Shown: positions 23,154-32,600, counted from the stretch's first letter. The stretch is DNA of 64,000 nucleotides from an uncultured Gammaproteobacteria bacterium (GCA_964435515.1 CAYSZD010000004.1:11955-75954); one strand, 5' to 3'. The notes: generated from the sequence alone by a model not told the origin. Program-made: numbers and translations.

Positions 23154-26100
23154 TAAACAATATTTTCTTTTTTTTACTATTTTTCTATGTCTTTTACTTT
23201 TATTATTATTTTCTCAGTCTGAAGTTTTAGCCATGGAGCCAGGTACTATTTTATACCGTACTTCTAGTGAGGGTAAGATGTATGGTTATAGTAGTAAAGA
23301 ATTAATTAAAGAAGAATATGGAGTCATGACTCATATCTATCCCGGGCACGCGGCTATTTATATTGGCGAAGAAAATGGAATTCATTATGTAGTGGAAGCT
23401 CTTAGTAGCGGGATAGTAAAAACGCCAGCTGAGTATTTTATCAATGAGTCTTTAGGAGAGGAATTTATTAGTGCTAAAATTCCACGTGCATCTACCACTT
23501 GGCAAAGAGCAAGAGCAGTGGCAATTGCTAAATATTTAGCTAGCGCAGATTTAGCCTATGACTTTGATTTTTCTAGTCAGAAAGGTCCAGCTAGCGGAGA
23601 TTGGACTTGTGTTGGTTTAACTGAAAAAGTATATGAAAGTGCTGATGCGACTAATCCAGAAAGACTTAGTTCTTTAGAGTATAATCCTCGCTATTATGCA
23701 GTGGATATTACGCCTGATGGTTTTGATAGCAGTAGTATATATAATTTAGAGAAAGATATTTTTTCTAAGGAAGTGGAGTTTTCAAAGATAAGTAGGAGGG
23801 ATAAGACTATTTTACCAGCGCCGGAAATTATTGGTTATAATGCTGGTAAAGAGTATCAGGGTGGTCGTTATATTTTTTTGCCATACACTCAAGCCCTGCA
23901 GCCTAGCTTAGTTTCAGTACCAGTAGATATTGAACTTTCTTCAAGTTTTGAAGATAGTTTAGTGAGAGGTAAGGTGAATAATATTGGCCTTATCCTAAAA
24001 TGGAGTTTGATTAACAATCCTATTTCTAGTGTAAAAAAAATAGCCACTGGCATTGCTTCTATTTTTTCTGATAATAATGAAGAGGAGGTAATTAGACTAT
24101 CTGATAACGATTTAGAGGATGTAAATGATTATAGGACTAATATTATTAATACACCTTTAATTGTAGATGATGGACCTAGTTTAAAAGATGAAGTAGAAGA
24201 GAATGATATAGCTAGTGTGTATCCAAGTACAAAAATAAGCTCCGAGATTCCTGCTTATAACCCAGTTAATATACAACAAGGTAGTAAAAACTCTATCACT
24301 GAAAGTGCTCAGAGTGAGGATAATAAAGAAAATATAAATACTAATGAAAAAACTAGCAAAAGTAAAGGAAGCACCGTTGTCTCCAGTCAGACGGAAACTG
24401 ATACTCGTTTAGCTTTATGGTCGCCGATTGCTACGCCTATTATTAATAAAGAAATTAAGAAAGAAGCAGATAAACAAGAGAGTCAAAAAAAAGAAGATGA
24501 AAAAGAACAAGATAGTTCTACGCAAACACAAAAAGAATCTGAAGTTGAAGAGGAGGAAATAGCGGCGCCTCTGACTTTAGTTATTAGTCGATTGTATGCT
24601 GAAGCTAATGATGATTGGCTGGAAATTTGGAATTATGGTGATGAAGATATTAATTTAAAAGAAAGGGAAATACGAATTGAAAAAGCTAAAACAACTTATG
24701 ATCCAGGAATAATTCTACGTTTTGATGCTGATAGTGATGCAATTTTTCCTGGAGGAGTGATTATAAAAGCTGGTTCTTTCTATCGCATTGTTCGAGATGA
24801 CGCTAGTGCGGATATTCGAGCAGGAGCTCAAGCGATTGCTATTAGACCTGATTTTACCTTTACTAATAATGGCTATTCTTTGTATTTAGCCAAAGGACCG
24901 GTTAGTAGCCCTGAGGATGAAGATATCATTGATTTTATTGGCTATGGTGAAGCTACTTATTTTGAGGGCCTAGCCCCAGCTCCAGCCATAGAAAGCAACT
25001 ATCTATTACGTCGAAAAGCTCAGGCTAATACCAAATTGGAAGATATTTTAAATGATGGTCTTCAAGCTAATTGGTCGCCTATATATGATAGCGATAGTAA
25101 TGTAAATGATTTTCTACTTTGGCCCTTAGGGGGAGAGTTAATTGTAGCTGAAGAAGAGGAAGAAGAAGAGGAGGAGGAAGAAGAAGAGGAGGAAGAAGAA
25201 GAGGAAGAAGATGAAGAAGATGAAGAAGATGAAGAAGATGAAGAAGATGAAGAAGATAATAACACAGCTTTTACCATGCTTCCTGGTTTAAATTCAGATG
25301 GCTTGTATAGACTTTGGTCATTTTCAGATTGTCAGGGTTTTAACATTCCAGACATGGTGAGTCAAGATAGTAGTAATGTGCTAAGAACTACTGGACACTG
25401 GGAAATTGGTCGTTGGGGTTGCGGACAAAAAATGCCTTATGGTGATGAAGGTGAGTTTTTATATGAATTTGATCCACTTCTCAGTGGTGAGAATTTTAGT
25501 ATCTTATTAAATTTTAAAGGAAAAACAGGTGGTGATCATACATATTTTTCAGTCTATAATGGAGCTGAAGAATTTGGTTTAAGAGTAGATCTTTTTGGCG
25601 GCATGCTTCAGTTTAGCGGTTTTCCTGGATTAAGTGGTAGGTATGAGCAGGCAGGACTTATGAATACAGACTGGCAACAAGTAGTTTTAGTTTGGAATGC
25701 TTTAGAGGGATATTGGTCTTTATATCTTGATGGAGAAGAAGCATTCTCGCAAAATTTTAGCGGACTAGCTCCTGGTTTTGATATTTTGCAATTAGGAGGG
25801 GTTTCTGGTGTAGTTTTGGTTGATGATATTGCTCTTTGGCAAAGAGCCTTAAGCCCAGATGAAATTGCCTTTATCTATAGTTCCGGGCAACCTTTAAATC
25901 CACAAAAGCCTGTTACTCAGCCAGCTGAAGTAGAACTAAAGCATGCTTGGTATTTTGATGAAACAACAGGAGATACTAGCGTAGATGCGGTTAATAATTT
26001 AAATTGGGAATTACCGGTAGATTCTTTAGATTTTAATGGTTTGAGTGGTAGAGCTTTAAAAACACCAAATAATTCAGAGCCATATTATTTAAATATACCA

Positions 26101-26550
26101 GCTATCGGCACAAATAATTTTTCTCTTTCTTGGTGGTATCATAATGACAATGCGTTAGAGGAAAATAGCGGTAGGTTACATTTAGGAATGGAAGGGAATG
26201 ATAATTATTTAGCTGAATTTACCATGGAGACAGTGAGACAAAGTTTAAGCACTTTTGAGGGAAATAAAATATTAGCGGAAGGGAATCAAGTTATGTCTCA
26301 TGATAATAATTGGCATCACTTAGCTTTAGTTTATGATAATTATCGCTATTTATGGCAGGTCTTTGTTGACGGGATTTTGAAGTTGGAAGATTATCGCTTA
26401 CCCATATTACAATCTACTTATATTGATAGATTAGTATTTAGGAGTACCTATTATGGCTATCGTTTAGATAATTTTAAAATCTGGCAAGGAGCTTTAAGCC
26501 CAGATGAGGTATGGGTTGATTATAATTTAGATAAAGTGTTGGAGTATTAA
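23140..26550 (+). CDS. giant secreted multidomain protein: permuted papain-like amidase (YiiX/NlpC-P60-like), lamin-tail domain, poly-Glu/Asp linker and two LamG-like lectin domains
   Basis: It has a signal peptide. GHAAIYIG...YVVEA...GDWTCVGLTEKVYE is the Cys/His amidase pattern. LVISRLYAEANDDWLEIWNYGDEDINLKE is LTD-like. A 36-residue E/D tract follows. Two blocks end in ...DDIALWQRALSPDEIAFIY and ...DNFKIWQGALSPDEVWVDY, which are Laminin_G_3-type endings. Confidence 0.8.
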   Translation: MIIYNKQYFLFFTIFLCLLLLLLFSQSEVLAMEPGTILYRTSSEGKMYGYSSKELIKEEYGVMTHIYPGHAAIYIGEENGIHYVVEALSSGIVKTPAEYFINESLGEEFISAKIPRASTTWQRARAVAIAKYLASADLAYDFDFSSQKGPASGDWTCVGLTEKVYESADATNPERLSSLEYNPRYYAVDITPDGFDSSSIYNLEKDIFSKEVEFSKISRRDKTILPAPEIIGYNAGKEYQGGRYIFLPYTQALQPSLVSVPVDIELSSSFEDSLVRGKVNNIGLILKWSLINNPISSVKKIATGIASIFSDNNEEEVIRLSDNDLEDVNDYRTNIINTPLIVDDGPSLKDEVEENDIASVYPSTKISSEIPAYNPVNIQQGSKNSITESAQSEDNKENINTNEKTSKSKGSTVVSSQTETDTRLALWSPIATPIINKEIKKEADKQESQKKEDEKEQDSSTQTQKESEVEEEEIAAPLTLVISRLYAEANDDWLEIWNYGDEDINLKEREIRIEKAKTTYDPGIILRFDADSDAIFPGGVIIKAGSFYRIVRDDASADIRAGAQAIAIRPDFTFTNNGYSLYLAKGPVSSPEDEDIIDFIGYGEATYFEGLAPAPAIESNYLLRRKAQANTKLEDILNDGLQANWSPIYDSDSNVNDFLLWPLGGELIVAEEEEEEEEEEEEEEEEEEEEDEEDEEDEEDEEDEEDNNTAFTMLPGLNSDGLYRLWSFSDCQGFNIPDMVSQDSSNVLRTTGHWEIGRWGCGQKMPYGDEGEFLYEFDPLLSGENFSILLNFKGKTGGDHTYFSVYNGAEEFGLRVDLFGGMLQFSGFPGLSGRYEQAGLMNTDWQQVVLVWNALEGYWSLYLDGEEAFSQNFSGLAPGFDILQLGGVSGVVLVDDIALWQRALSPDEIAFIYSSGQPLNPQKPVTQPAEVELKHAWYFDETTGDTSVDAVNNLNWELPVDSLDFNGLSGRALKTPNNSEPYYLNIPAIGTNNFSLSWWYHNDNALEENSGRLHLGMEGNDNYLAEFTMETVRQSLSTFEGNKILAEGNQVMSHDNNWHHLALVYDNYRYLWQVFVDGILKLEDYRLPILQSTYIDRLVFRSTYYGYRLDNFKIWQGALSPDEVWVDYNLDKVLEY
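25150..25257 (+). repeat. in-frame GAA/GAG run (20 codons) followed by 6 perfect copies of GAAGAAGAT
   Basis: Read directly. The 9-bp units are at 25204-25257. The region encodes E20(DEE)5D, i.e. 20 Glu followed by D alternating with EE. Confidence 0.9.
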
Positions 26551-26602
26551 AAAACCCGCTCTTTAGAGAAGAAACGGGTTGTGATGATAGGAGTGTCTAG
26601 TA

Positions 26603-26749
26603 TTAACGGACCGCTCCATATATTTTATTTTCTGCCAGGATTGTGATGGCAGGAAATTTTGGTGGGACACATTCCCACAGAGTTAACTCCACAATTTCAT
26701 TGTGGACGTTTTTCACTGTTACTCTGCCCCTTTTAATGTCTCGGAGCAT
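26603..26749 (-). CDS. candidate 48-aa ORF in the structured spacer (weak)
   Basis: ATG (revcomp 26747-26749) to TAA (26603-26605). Translation: MLRDIKRGRVTVKNVHNEIVELTLWECVPPKFPAITILAENKIYGAVR. There is no SD, and the region is equally consistent with a structured RNA. Confidence 0.2.
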   Translation of the reverse strand: MLRDIKRGRVTVKNVHNEIVELTLWECVPPKFPAITILAENKIYGAVR

Positions 26750-26804
26750 ACTTTTGTGTATTTGTCAATGTTTTGCCTTTCTTTTGTTATTTCAATAAAT
26801 ATAG

Positions 26805-26833
26805 TTGATTTTTTCCGTATTTCTTAGTATTAT
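26805..26833 (+). promoter_or_regulatory. rnpB promoter TTGATT-N17-TATTAT
   Basis: -35 at 26805-26810 and -10 at 26828-26833, ~14 nt before the RNase P RNA 5' end. Confidence 0.55.
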
Positions 26834-26846
26834 TAGAGTGTTGATT

Positions 26847-27183
26847 GGGGCAAGTAAGCGGCCGCTTTTTTCGCATTAGCGAAAGAAGAGGAAAGTCCGG
26901 ACTTCATAAAAAAGACAGCGGATAATGTCCGCCAAGAGTAATCTTAGGGAAAGTGCCACAGAGACAATACTATCCGATTTATCGGAGAAAGGTGAAAAGT
27001 TGCTTGGTGTCTTTATCGGCTACAAGCAACAACTGCTGGTAACAGCATGTTTGGGGTAAACCCTGTCTGAAGCAAGAACAAAGCCTTAGCAATAAGGTAA
27101 AAAGTAGTTCGCTTGACTTAATTGGTGACAATTAAGCTAGATAAATGGCCGCTCACGACAGAATCCGGCTTATCGCTTGCCCT
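26847..27183 (+). ncRNA. rnpB: RNase P RNA, bacterial type A
   Basis: Universal motifs GAGGAAAGTCCGG (26889-26901 region) and ACAGAATCCGGCTTA (27158-27172 region). P1 pairing is GGGCAAG 26848-26854 / CTTGCCC 27176-27182. Length is ~337 nt. Confidence 0.9.
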
Positions 27184-27211
27184 CTATCAATACTAATTTA
27201 TTATTTTATAT

Positions 27212-28627
27212 ATGAAAAAACCAGATCTATTTTTTAGTTTTGTGTTAGTGCCTCTAGATTATATTTTAATTGTCTTGGCGGCTGTTTCAGCCTATCATCT
27301 TCGTTTTTCTAATCTCACTACTGAAATTAGGCCTATTATTTTTAATTTACCCTTTGATAGTTATTTTTATTCAGCTTTAATTGTTGCCGCCGCTTGGGTA
27401 TTAGTTTTTGCTTTTTCTGGTTTATATAGTTTTCATCGTCCGGCTAATGCGGCTAAAGAGTTAGCCAGAGTAGTCTTAGCTTGTTCTACTGGTTTAGCTC
27501 TAATTGCGATATTGATTTTTTTCCGTCGTGAATTATTTGACTCTCGTTTTATTGTGATAGCTACCTGGATTATAGCTATCTTTTATGTGGGTTTGGGCAG
27601 ATTGCTTATTAGATACTTACGTCGTTTTTTGCTTCGTTATGGCATTGGTGTGCGCCATATTGTTTTAGTGGGTAGTAGTAAGACAACGGAAAAATTAATT
27701 GCTGAATTTGCTGCTAAGCCAAAAATTGGCTATCAGGTAGTGAAAAGATTAAGAGATTTTTCTTTAGATAGCATGGCTGAATTAGTGGAACTGATGAAAA
27801 TAAAAAGAGTAGATGAGCTTATGCAAAGTGACCCTAATTTAAGTAAGGCCGAAGCTTTAAGGTTGTATGATTTTGCTTCAGAAAATCATTTAAATTATAA
27901 GTATGTAGCTGATTTATTAGAGGTTAAGGTATTACGCACAGAAGTAACTGATTTGCTCGGAGTGCCTATTGTAGAGGTCAAGAAGACTACTTTAGAGGGT
28001 TGGGGTAGAATTTGGAAGCGTTTATTTGATTTAGCTATATCTAGTATTTTAATTATATTATTATCACCTATATTACTTTTAACGGCGATTATTATTAAGC
28101 TTGATTCTCGTGGTCCAATTTTCTTTTCTAAACGTGATGACGGCTCTTATGTTACTCGTGTTGGTGAGGGCGGTCAGGCTTTTCGTTATTTTAAGTTTCG
28201 CTCTATGATTGCTAATTCAGATAGTATGCGCTATCGAGAATTATCTGATAAAAATTTGAGAACTGATGGTCCCTTGGTAAAGATAAAAGATGATCCTCGC
28301 GTGACTAGGTTTGGGCGCTTTATTAGACGTTGGTCACTTGATGAATTACCTGAACTATTTTTAGTTTTTAGTGGTAAAATGAGCTTAGTTGGTCCTCGTC
28401 CACACTTACCTGAAGAAGTGGCTAAATATGAGAATCATCATCGCAAAGCATTAACTGTTAAGCCTGGTATCACTGGTTTAGCTCAAGTATCTGGACGTAG
28501 TGATTTATTATTTGAAGAAGAAATGAAATTAGACGTATATTATTTAGAAAATTGGTCCTTACTTATGGACATAGCTATTTTATTTAAAACTCCTTTGGCG
28601 GTCTTTAAACATCGTCAAGCGGAATAA
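27212..28627 (+). CDS. polyprenyl-phosphate glycosyl-1-phosphate transferase (WbaP/CpsE-type bacterial sugar transferase)
   Basis: N-terminal TM helices and a C-terminal PF02397-type domain: KRLFDL..., RVGEGGQAFRYFKFRSM, DELPELFLVFSGKMSLVGPRP, PGITGLAQV. Confidence 0.85.
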   Translation: MKKPDLFFSFVLVPLDYILIVLAAVSAYHLRFSNLTTEIRPIIFNLPFDSYFYSALIVAAAWVLVFAFSGLYSFHRPANAAKELARVVLACSTGLALIAILIFFRRELFDSRFIVIATWIIAIFYVGLGRLLIRYLRRFLLRYGIGVRHIVLVGSSKTTEKLIAEFAAKPKIGYQVVKRLRDFSLDSMAELVELMKIKRVDELMQSDPNLSKAEALRLYDFASENHLNYKYVADLLEVKVLRTEVTDLLGVPIVEVKKTTLEGWGRIWKRLFDLAISSILIILLSPILLLTAIIIKLDSRGPIFFSKRDDGSYVTRVGEGGQAFRYFKFRSMIANSDSMRYRELSDKNLRTDGPLVKIKDDPRVTRFGRFIRRWSLDELPELFLVFSGKMSLVGPRPHLPEEVAKYENHHRKALTVKPGITGLAQVSGRSDLLFEEEMKLDVYYLENWSLLMDIAILFKTPLAVFKHRQAE

Positions 28628-28637
28628 ACTACATTAC

Positions 28638-29783
28638 ATGAAAGTTGCTTTAATACATGATCATTTAGCTCAAGAAGGTGGAGCCGAAAAGGTGTTAAAA
28701 GTGCTCAGTGAGATTTTTCTCGAAGCACCTATTTATACACTTTTGTATGATAAGAAAAAAGTGGAGAAGAATTTTGCTGATAGACATATAGAAAGCTCCA
28801 TCATTCAGCGTTTACCTGGCGGAGTTCGGCATTATAAATGGTATTTATATTTTATGCCGATGGCCGTTGAGTTTTTTGATTTAAGAGAATTTGATTTAGT
28901 AATTTCAGACGCTAGTGCCTTTGCTAAAGGGGTTATCACTACACCAGACACAACTCATGTGTGTTATTGCCATACCCCTACTCGTTATCTCTGGAGTGAC
29001 GCCCATCAATATTTAAATGAGTTAAAATATAATAAATGGTTAAAGAAAATAGTATCCCTTACTTTGGGACGTTTGCGTTTGTGGGATTTTGCGGCGGCTC
29101 AAAGAGTTGATCATTTTATTGCTAATTCTATTACGGTTCAAAAAAGAATAACAAAATTCTATCGTCGTTCTTCTCGGGTAATTTATCCACCGGTAGAAAC
29201 TGAGAAGTTTTATCTTAGTGATTTAAGTAAACAAACTAAGGAGGAGCGTTATTTTTTACTAGGTTGTCGTTTAGCTCCCTATAAAAGAGTTGATATTGTG
29301 GTTGAGGCCTTTAAAAATTTAGGGCCTGATTATCGTTTAAAGATTTTTGGCGACGGCTTGGATTTAAAGAGATTACAGAAAATTGCAGCAGGGAGTACTA
29401 ATATTGAATTTTTAGGAAGAGTAGGGGAAAGTGAAAAAGCTGAATTATATTCTAAGGCTTTAGCTTTTATTAATCCTCAAGAAGAAGACTTTGGTATTAC
29501 CGCCGTTGAATCAATGGCTTCTGGCCGTCCAGTACTTGCCTATCATCGCGGTGGCGCTTGTGAGACTGTCGTATCAGGTGAAAATGGCTTATTCTTTTAC
29601 GAGCAGACCAGTTCAGCCTTGTGTGAGTTAATAAAGAGCTTTATGTCTGACATTGATGCTGGCAGGAAGATATGGGATAGTAATACAATAAAAGAGATGG
29701 CTAATAAATATTCTGTTTTAAGTTTTAAAACCCAGTTATTTAATTATTTAGAAGAGAAAGGTATAAATACGCATAAATTATGA
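28638..29783 (+). CDS. glycosyltransferase family 4 (GT-B)
   Basis: EEDFGITAVESMASGRPVLA is the E-x7-E motif region. An ATGA overlap links it to the next gene. Confidence 0.85.
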   Translation: MKVALIHDHLAQEGGAEKVLKVLSEIFLEAPIYTLLYDKKKVEKNFADRHIESSIIQRLPGGVRHYKWYLYFMPMAVEFFDLREFDLVISDASAFAKGVITTPDTTHVCYCHTPTRYLWSDAHQYLNELKYNKWLKKIVSLTLGRLRLWDFAAAQRVDHFIANSITVQKRITKFYRRSSRVIYPPVETEKFYLSDLSKQTKEERYFLLGCRLAPYKRVDIVVEAFKNLGPDYRLKIFGDGLDLKRLQKIAAGSTNIEFLGRVGESEKAELYSKALAFINPQEEDFGITAVESMASGRPVLAYHRGGACETVVSGENGLFFYEQTSSALCELIKSFMSDIDAGRKIWDSNTIKEMANKYSVLSFKTQLFNYLEEKGINTHKL

Positions 29784-30922
29784 AGATAGGTGTCGACATC
29801 AGGGTTTTGATGGATAAAAATTATAGTGGAGTAGCTGACTACACTTCTATTTTGTTAAGAGAATTATTGAAAAAAGATAGTAGTGATAGTTTTTCTCTTT
29901 TTTACAATTCTTTTAAAGATGTAAGCGGTCGTATTGGTAGTTTTGATTATGACAACGTGAAAATAAAAAAATTATCTTATCCTAATAAAGTATTTAATTA
30001 TTTATTGCAAAGTTCTTTAGCTTATCCTAAATTAGACAAATTACTTGGCGGAACTGACGTTTTTTGGTCGCCTCATATTAATTTCACGAGATTGTCTAAA
30101 AACACTAAACATGTCTTAACTATTCATGATCTTTCCTTTTTACGTTATCCTGAATTTTTTAATCGACGTAAAAATTTATGGCATAGAGCTTTGAGAATTA
30201 AGAAATTAGCTCATGAGGCATCAGTAATTGTGGCTGTATCTGAAAACACTCGTCAAGATGTAATTGAACTTTTAGGAGTGTCAGGAACAAAAGTAAAGAC
30301 AATTTATTCTGGTGTAAATCCAGTTGTTTCTTTACCTAGTTCCGAAGAAACTAAGAAGTTTATAGGACACAATAATCTTAATACTCGTTTTATTCTTTAT
30401 CTTGGCACGATTGAGCCTCGTAAGAATTTAGCTGGTCTTATTTATGCCTATAATCGTTTCAGGGATGAGAATATAAATTTAGTTGATGTGCAATTAGTCT
30501 TAGCTGGTGCTAAAGGTTGGCGACATCGAGATATTTTTCGGGCTTGGGAAAACTCACCTTATCGTCATGATATTAAATTTCTAGGTTATGTATCAGCGGC
30601 AGAAAAAGAATTATTATATCAAAAGGCAGAAGTTTTTATTTATCCCTCATATTATGAAGGATTTGGTTTACCAGTTTTAGAGGCTATGGATAGAGGTTTG
30701 GCAGTTATTACTAGTAATGTGTCTAGTGTGCCCGAAGTGGTCGCCGATGCAGCTCTTATGCTTAATCCGTATGATATTAATGAATTAGCTAAAGCAATGG
30801 AACTTATGATTAATAATCCTGACTTAAGAAATAATTTTATTGTAGCCGGGAAAGAGAGGTCAAAATTATTTTCTTGGGAAAAGACTGCTGAAGAATATTT
30901 AGCGCTATTTAGAAGTATTTAA
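29780..30922 (+). CDS. glycosyltransferase family 4 (GT-B)
   Basis: YLGTIEPRKN and YYEGFGLPVLEAMDRGLAVITS are typical GT4 motifs. Confidence 0.85.
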   Translation: MKIGVDIRVLMDKNYSGVADYTSILLRELLKKDSSDSFSLFYNSFKDVSGRIGSFDYDNVKIKKLSYPNKVFNYLLQSSLAYPKLDKLLGGTDVFWSPHINFTRLSKNTKHVLTIHDLSFLRYPEFFNRRKNLWHRALRIKKLAHEASVIVAVSENTRQDVIELLGVSGTKVKTIYSGVNPVVSLPSSEETKKFIGHNNLNTRFILYLGTIEPRKNLAGLIYAYNRFRDENINLVDVQLVLAGAKGWRHRDIFRAWENSPYRHDIKFLGYVSAAEKELLYQKAEVFIYPSYYEGFGLPVLEAMDRGLAVITSNVSSVPEVVADAALMLNPYDINELAKAMELMINNPDLRNNFIVAGKERSKLFSWEKTAEEYLALFRSI

Positions 30923-30923
30923 T

Positions 30924-31361
30924 ATGCGTGCAGTGATTCAAGTGGTAAACAAAGCTCAAGTGAGTGTTAATGATGAAGTGATAAGCCGTATTAATGACGG
31001 TTTTTTAGTGTTATTAGCTATTAAAAAAGGAGACACTGAAAAACAAGCTGTAAAATTAGCTTATAAAATTGCTAATTTACGCATTTTTAGTGATGAAAAT
31101 GATAAAATGAATAAATCTTTGTTAGAGTTAAAGAAAGATCTTTTATTAGTTTCTCAATTTACTCTTTATGGAGATACAACTAAGGGTAATCGGCCTAGTT
31201 TTATTGAAGCGGCCCTGCCAACTGAAGCTAAAGCTTTAATCGACTTAGTAGTTAGTGAATTAAATAATTTAGGTATTAAGGTCTTTCAGGGTTCCTTTGG
31301 TGCACATATGAAAGTATCTTTGCTTAATGATGGTCCAACTACCATTATTATAGACCTCTAA
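30924..31361 (+). CDS. dtd: D-aminoacyl-tRNA deacylase
   Basis: MRAVIQVV...VSQFTLYGDTTKGNRPSF...GAHMKVSLLNDGPTTIIID is the canonical Dtd sequence. Confidence 0.9.
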   Translation: MRAVIQVVNKAQVSVNDEVISRINDGFLVLLAIKKGDTEKQAVKLAYKIANLRIFSDENDKMNKSLLELKKDLLLVSQFTLYGDTTKGNRPSFIEAALPTEAKALIDLVVSELNNLGIKVFQGSFGAHMKVSLLNDGPTTIIIDL

Positions 31362-32455
31362 TGTCTATGAATAATATTAAAACAAGAAAATTAAAAATAT
31401 TGGTCGCTCTTTCGGGTGGAGTTGATTCTTCGCTTGTAACTCAATTGCTTGTTAACAAGGGCTATGATGTTAGCGCAGTTTTTTTGAAGTTTTGGCAAGA
31501 TAAAAAAAATGGAGTATCTTCAGAAAATTCAGCTTCATCAAGTCAGGCTTTTAGTGATGCTCAAAAAGTAGCTCAAAAGATAGGGGTAAATTTTTTTAGT
31601 TTAGATTTATCACAAGAATTTAAGAAGGAAGTAGTGGACTATTTTTTAAGTGAATATGAAAAGGGAAGAACTCCTAATCCTTGCATAGTCTGTAATCGAG
31701 ATATAAAGATAGGATTGCTACTTAAGAAAGCTTTAGCTTTAGGTTACGACGGTTTAGCTACTGGTCATTATTTAAAAATAGTTAATAAAAAGGAGGGTGT
31801 AACTGTCTACAGAGCTAAAGATAGACATAAAGATCAGTCATATTTTTTATATACTTTAAATCAAACACAACTGAAAAAATTATATTTTCCTTTAGCTAAA
31901 TATACTAAAGATGAAGTGAGAGAATTGGCCCATCAATATGGATTACCAACAGCTTCAAAAAAAGAGAGTCAAGATATTTGTTTTATCAGTGGCTCTCATA
32001 ATAATTTTTTAAAAAATTATATTAAATTAAAAGAGGGAAATATTAGATTAAAAGAAAGCGGTGAGATTATTGGTCGTCATCAGGGCTTAGCTCTTTATAC
32101 TTTGGGACAAAGAAAAGGAATTGAGATAGGTGGTAGCGGACCATATTATGTAGCCGAAAAAGAACAGGGCAACAATACTTTGTGGGTAACATCTTCTTGG
32201 TCAGGGAAGGAATTGTTGGGGCATGAATTTATTGTTTCTCAACTTAACTTCATTAATCCAAAAAAAATAACCTTTCCCCTTAATTGCCAAGTAATGATTC
32301 GTTACGGACAAGAACCACTGGCTTGTCGATTAGAATTGTATCAAAAAGATAAAGTGAGAGTGATATTAAAGACGGCTGTAAGGGCAATAAATGCTGGTCA
32401 AAGCGCTGTTTTCTATCAAGCTTCTAAAGTTTTAGGTGGAGGAGTTATTATATAA
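31361..32455 (+). CDS. mnmA: tRNA 2-thiouridine(34) synthase MnmA
   Basis: PP-loop SGGVDSS, NPCIVCN, and DQSYFLY motifs. Confidence 0.9.
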   Translation: MSMNNIKTRKLKILVALSGGVDSSLVTQLLVNKGYDVSAVFLKFWQDKKNGVSSENSASSSQAFSDAQKVAQKIGVNFFSLDLSQEFKKEVVDYFLSEYEKGRTPNPCIVCNRDIKIGLLLKKALALGYDGLATGHYLKIVNKKEGVTVYRAKDRHKDQSYFLYTLNQTQLKKLYFPLAKYTKDEVRELAHQYGLPTASKKESQDICFISGSHNNFLKNYIKLKEGNIRLKESGEIIGRHQGLALYTLGQRKGIEIGGSGPYYVAEKEQGNNTLWVTSSWSGKELLGHEFIVSQLNFINPKKITFPLNCQVMIRYGQEPLACRLELYQKDKVRVILKTAVRAINAGQSAVFYQASKVLGGGVII

Positions 32456-32515
32456 TTATTTGACATTGGTGATGTTTTATATTAAATTAATGTTTCCATA
32501 GTTCTTTGTAAATAA

Positions 32516-32583
32516 AATAATTAGATTAATTATTAGCTTTATTTAAAATTAATTAAGTAGTTCTAATAATTAATCTAATTATT
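32516..32583. repeat. 21-bp perfect inverted repeat with 26-nt spacer
   Basis: AATAATTAGATTAATTATTAG (32516-32536) and its exact reverse complement at 32563-32583, ending 17 nt before the ATG at 32601. Confidence 0.8.
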
Positions 32584-32600
32584 AACCTTAAAAGCTAGTC

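Noticed and set aside
25062-25277. Minus-strand 71-aa poly-Ser ORF.
   Set aside because: It is the reverse complement of the GAA/GAG/GAT acidic repeat of the 23140-26550 gene, so it is a pure repeat artefact.
29780-29783. Alternative genetic code (UGA reassignment, as in some CPR lineages).
   Set aside because: TGA terminates the 28638-29783 gene in a classic ATGA stop/start overlap. All conserved genes are full length under the standard bacterial code.
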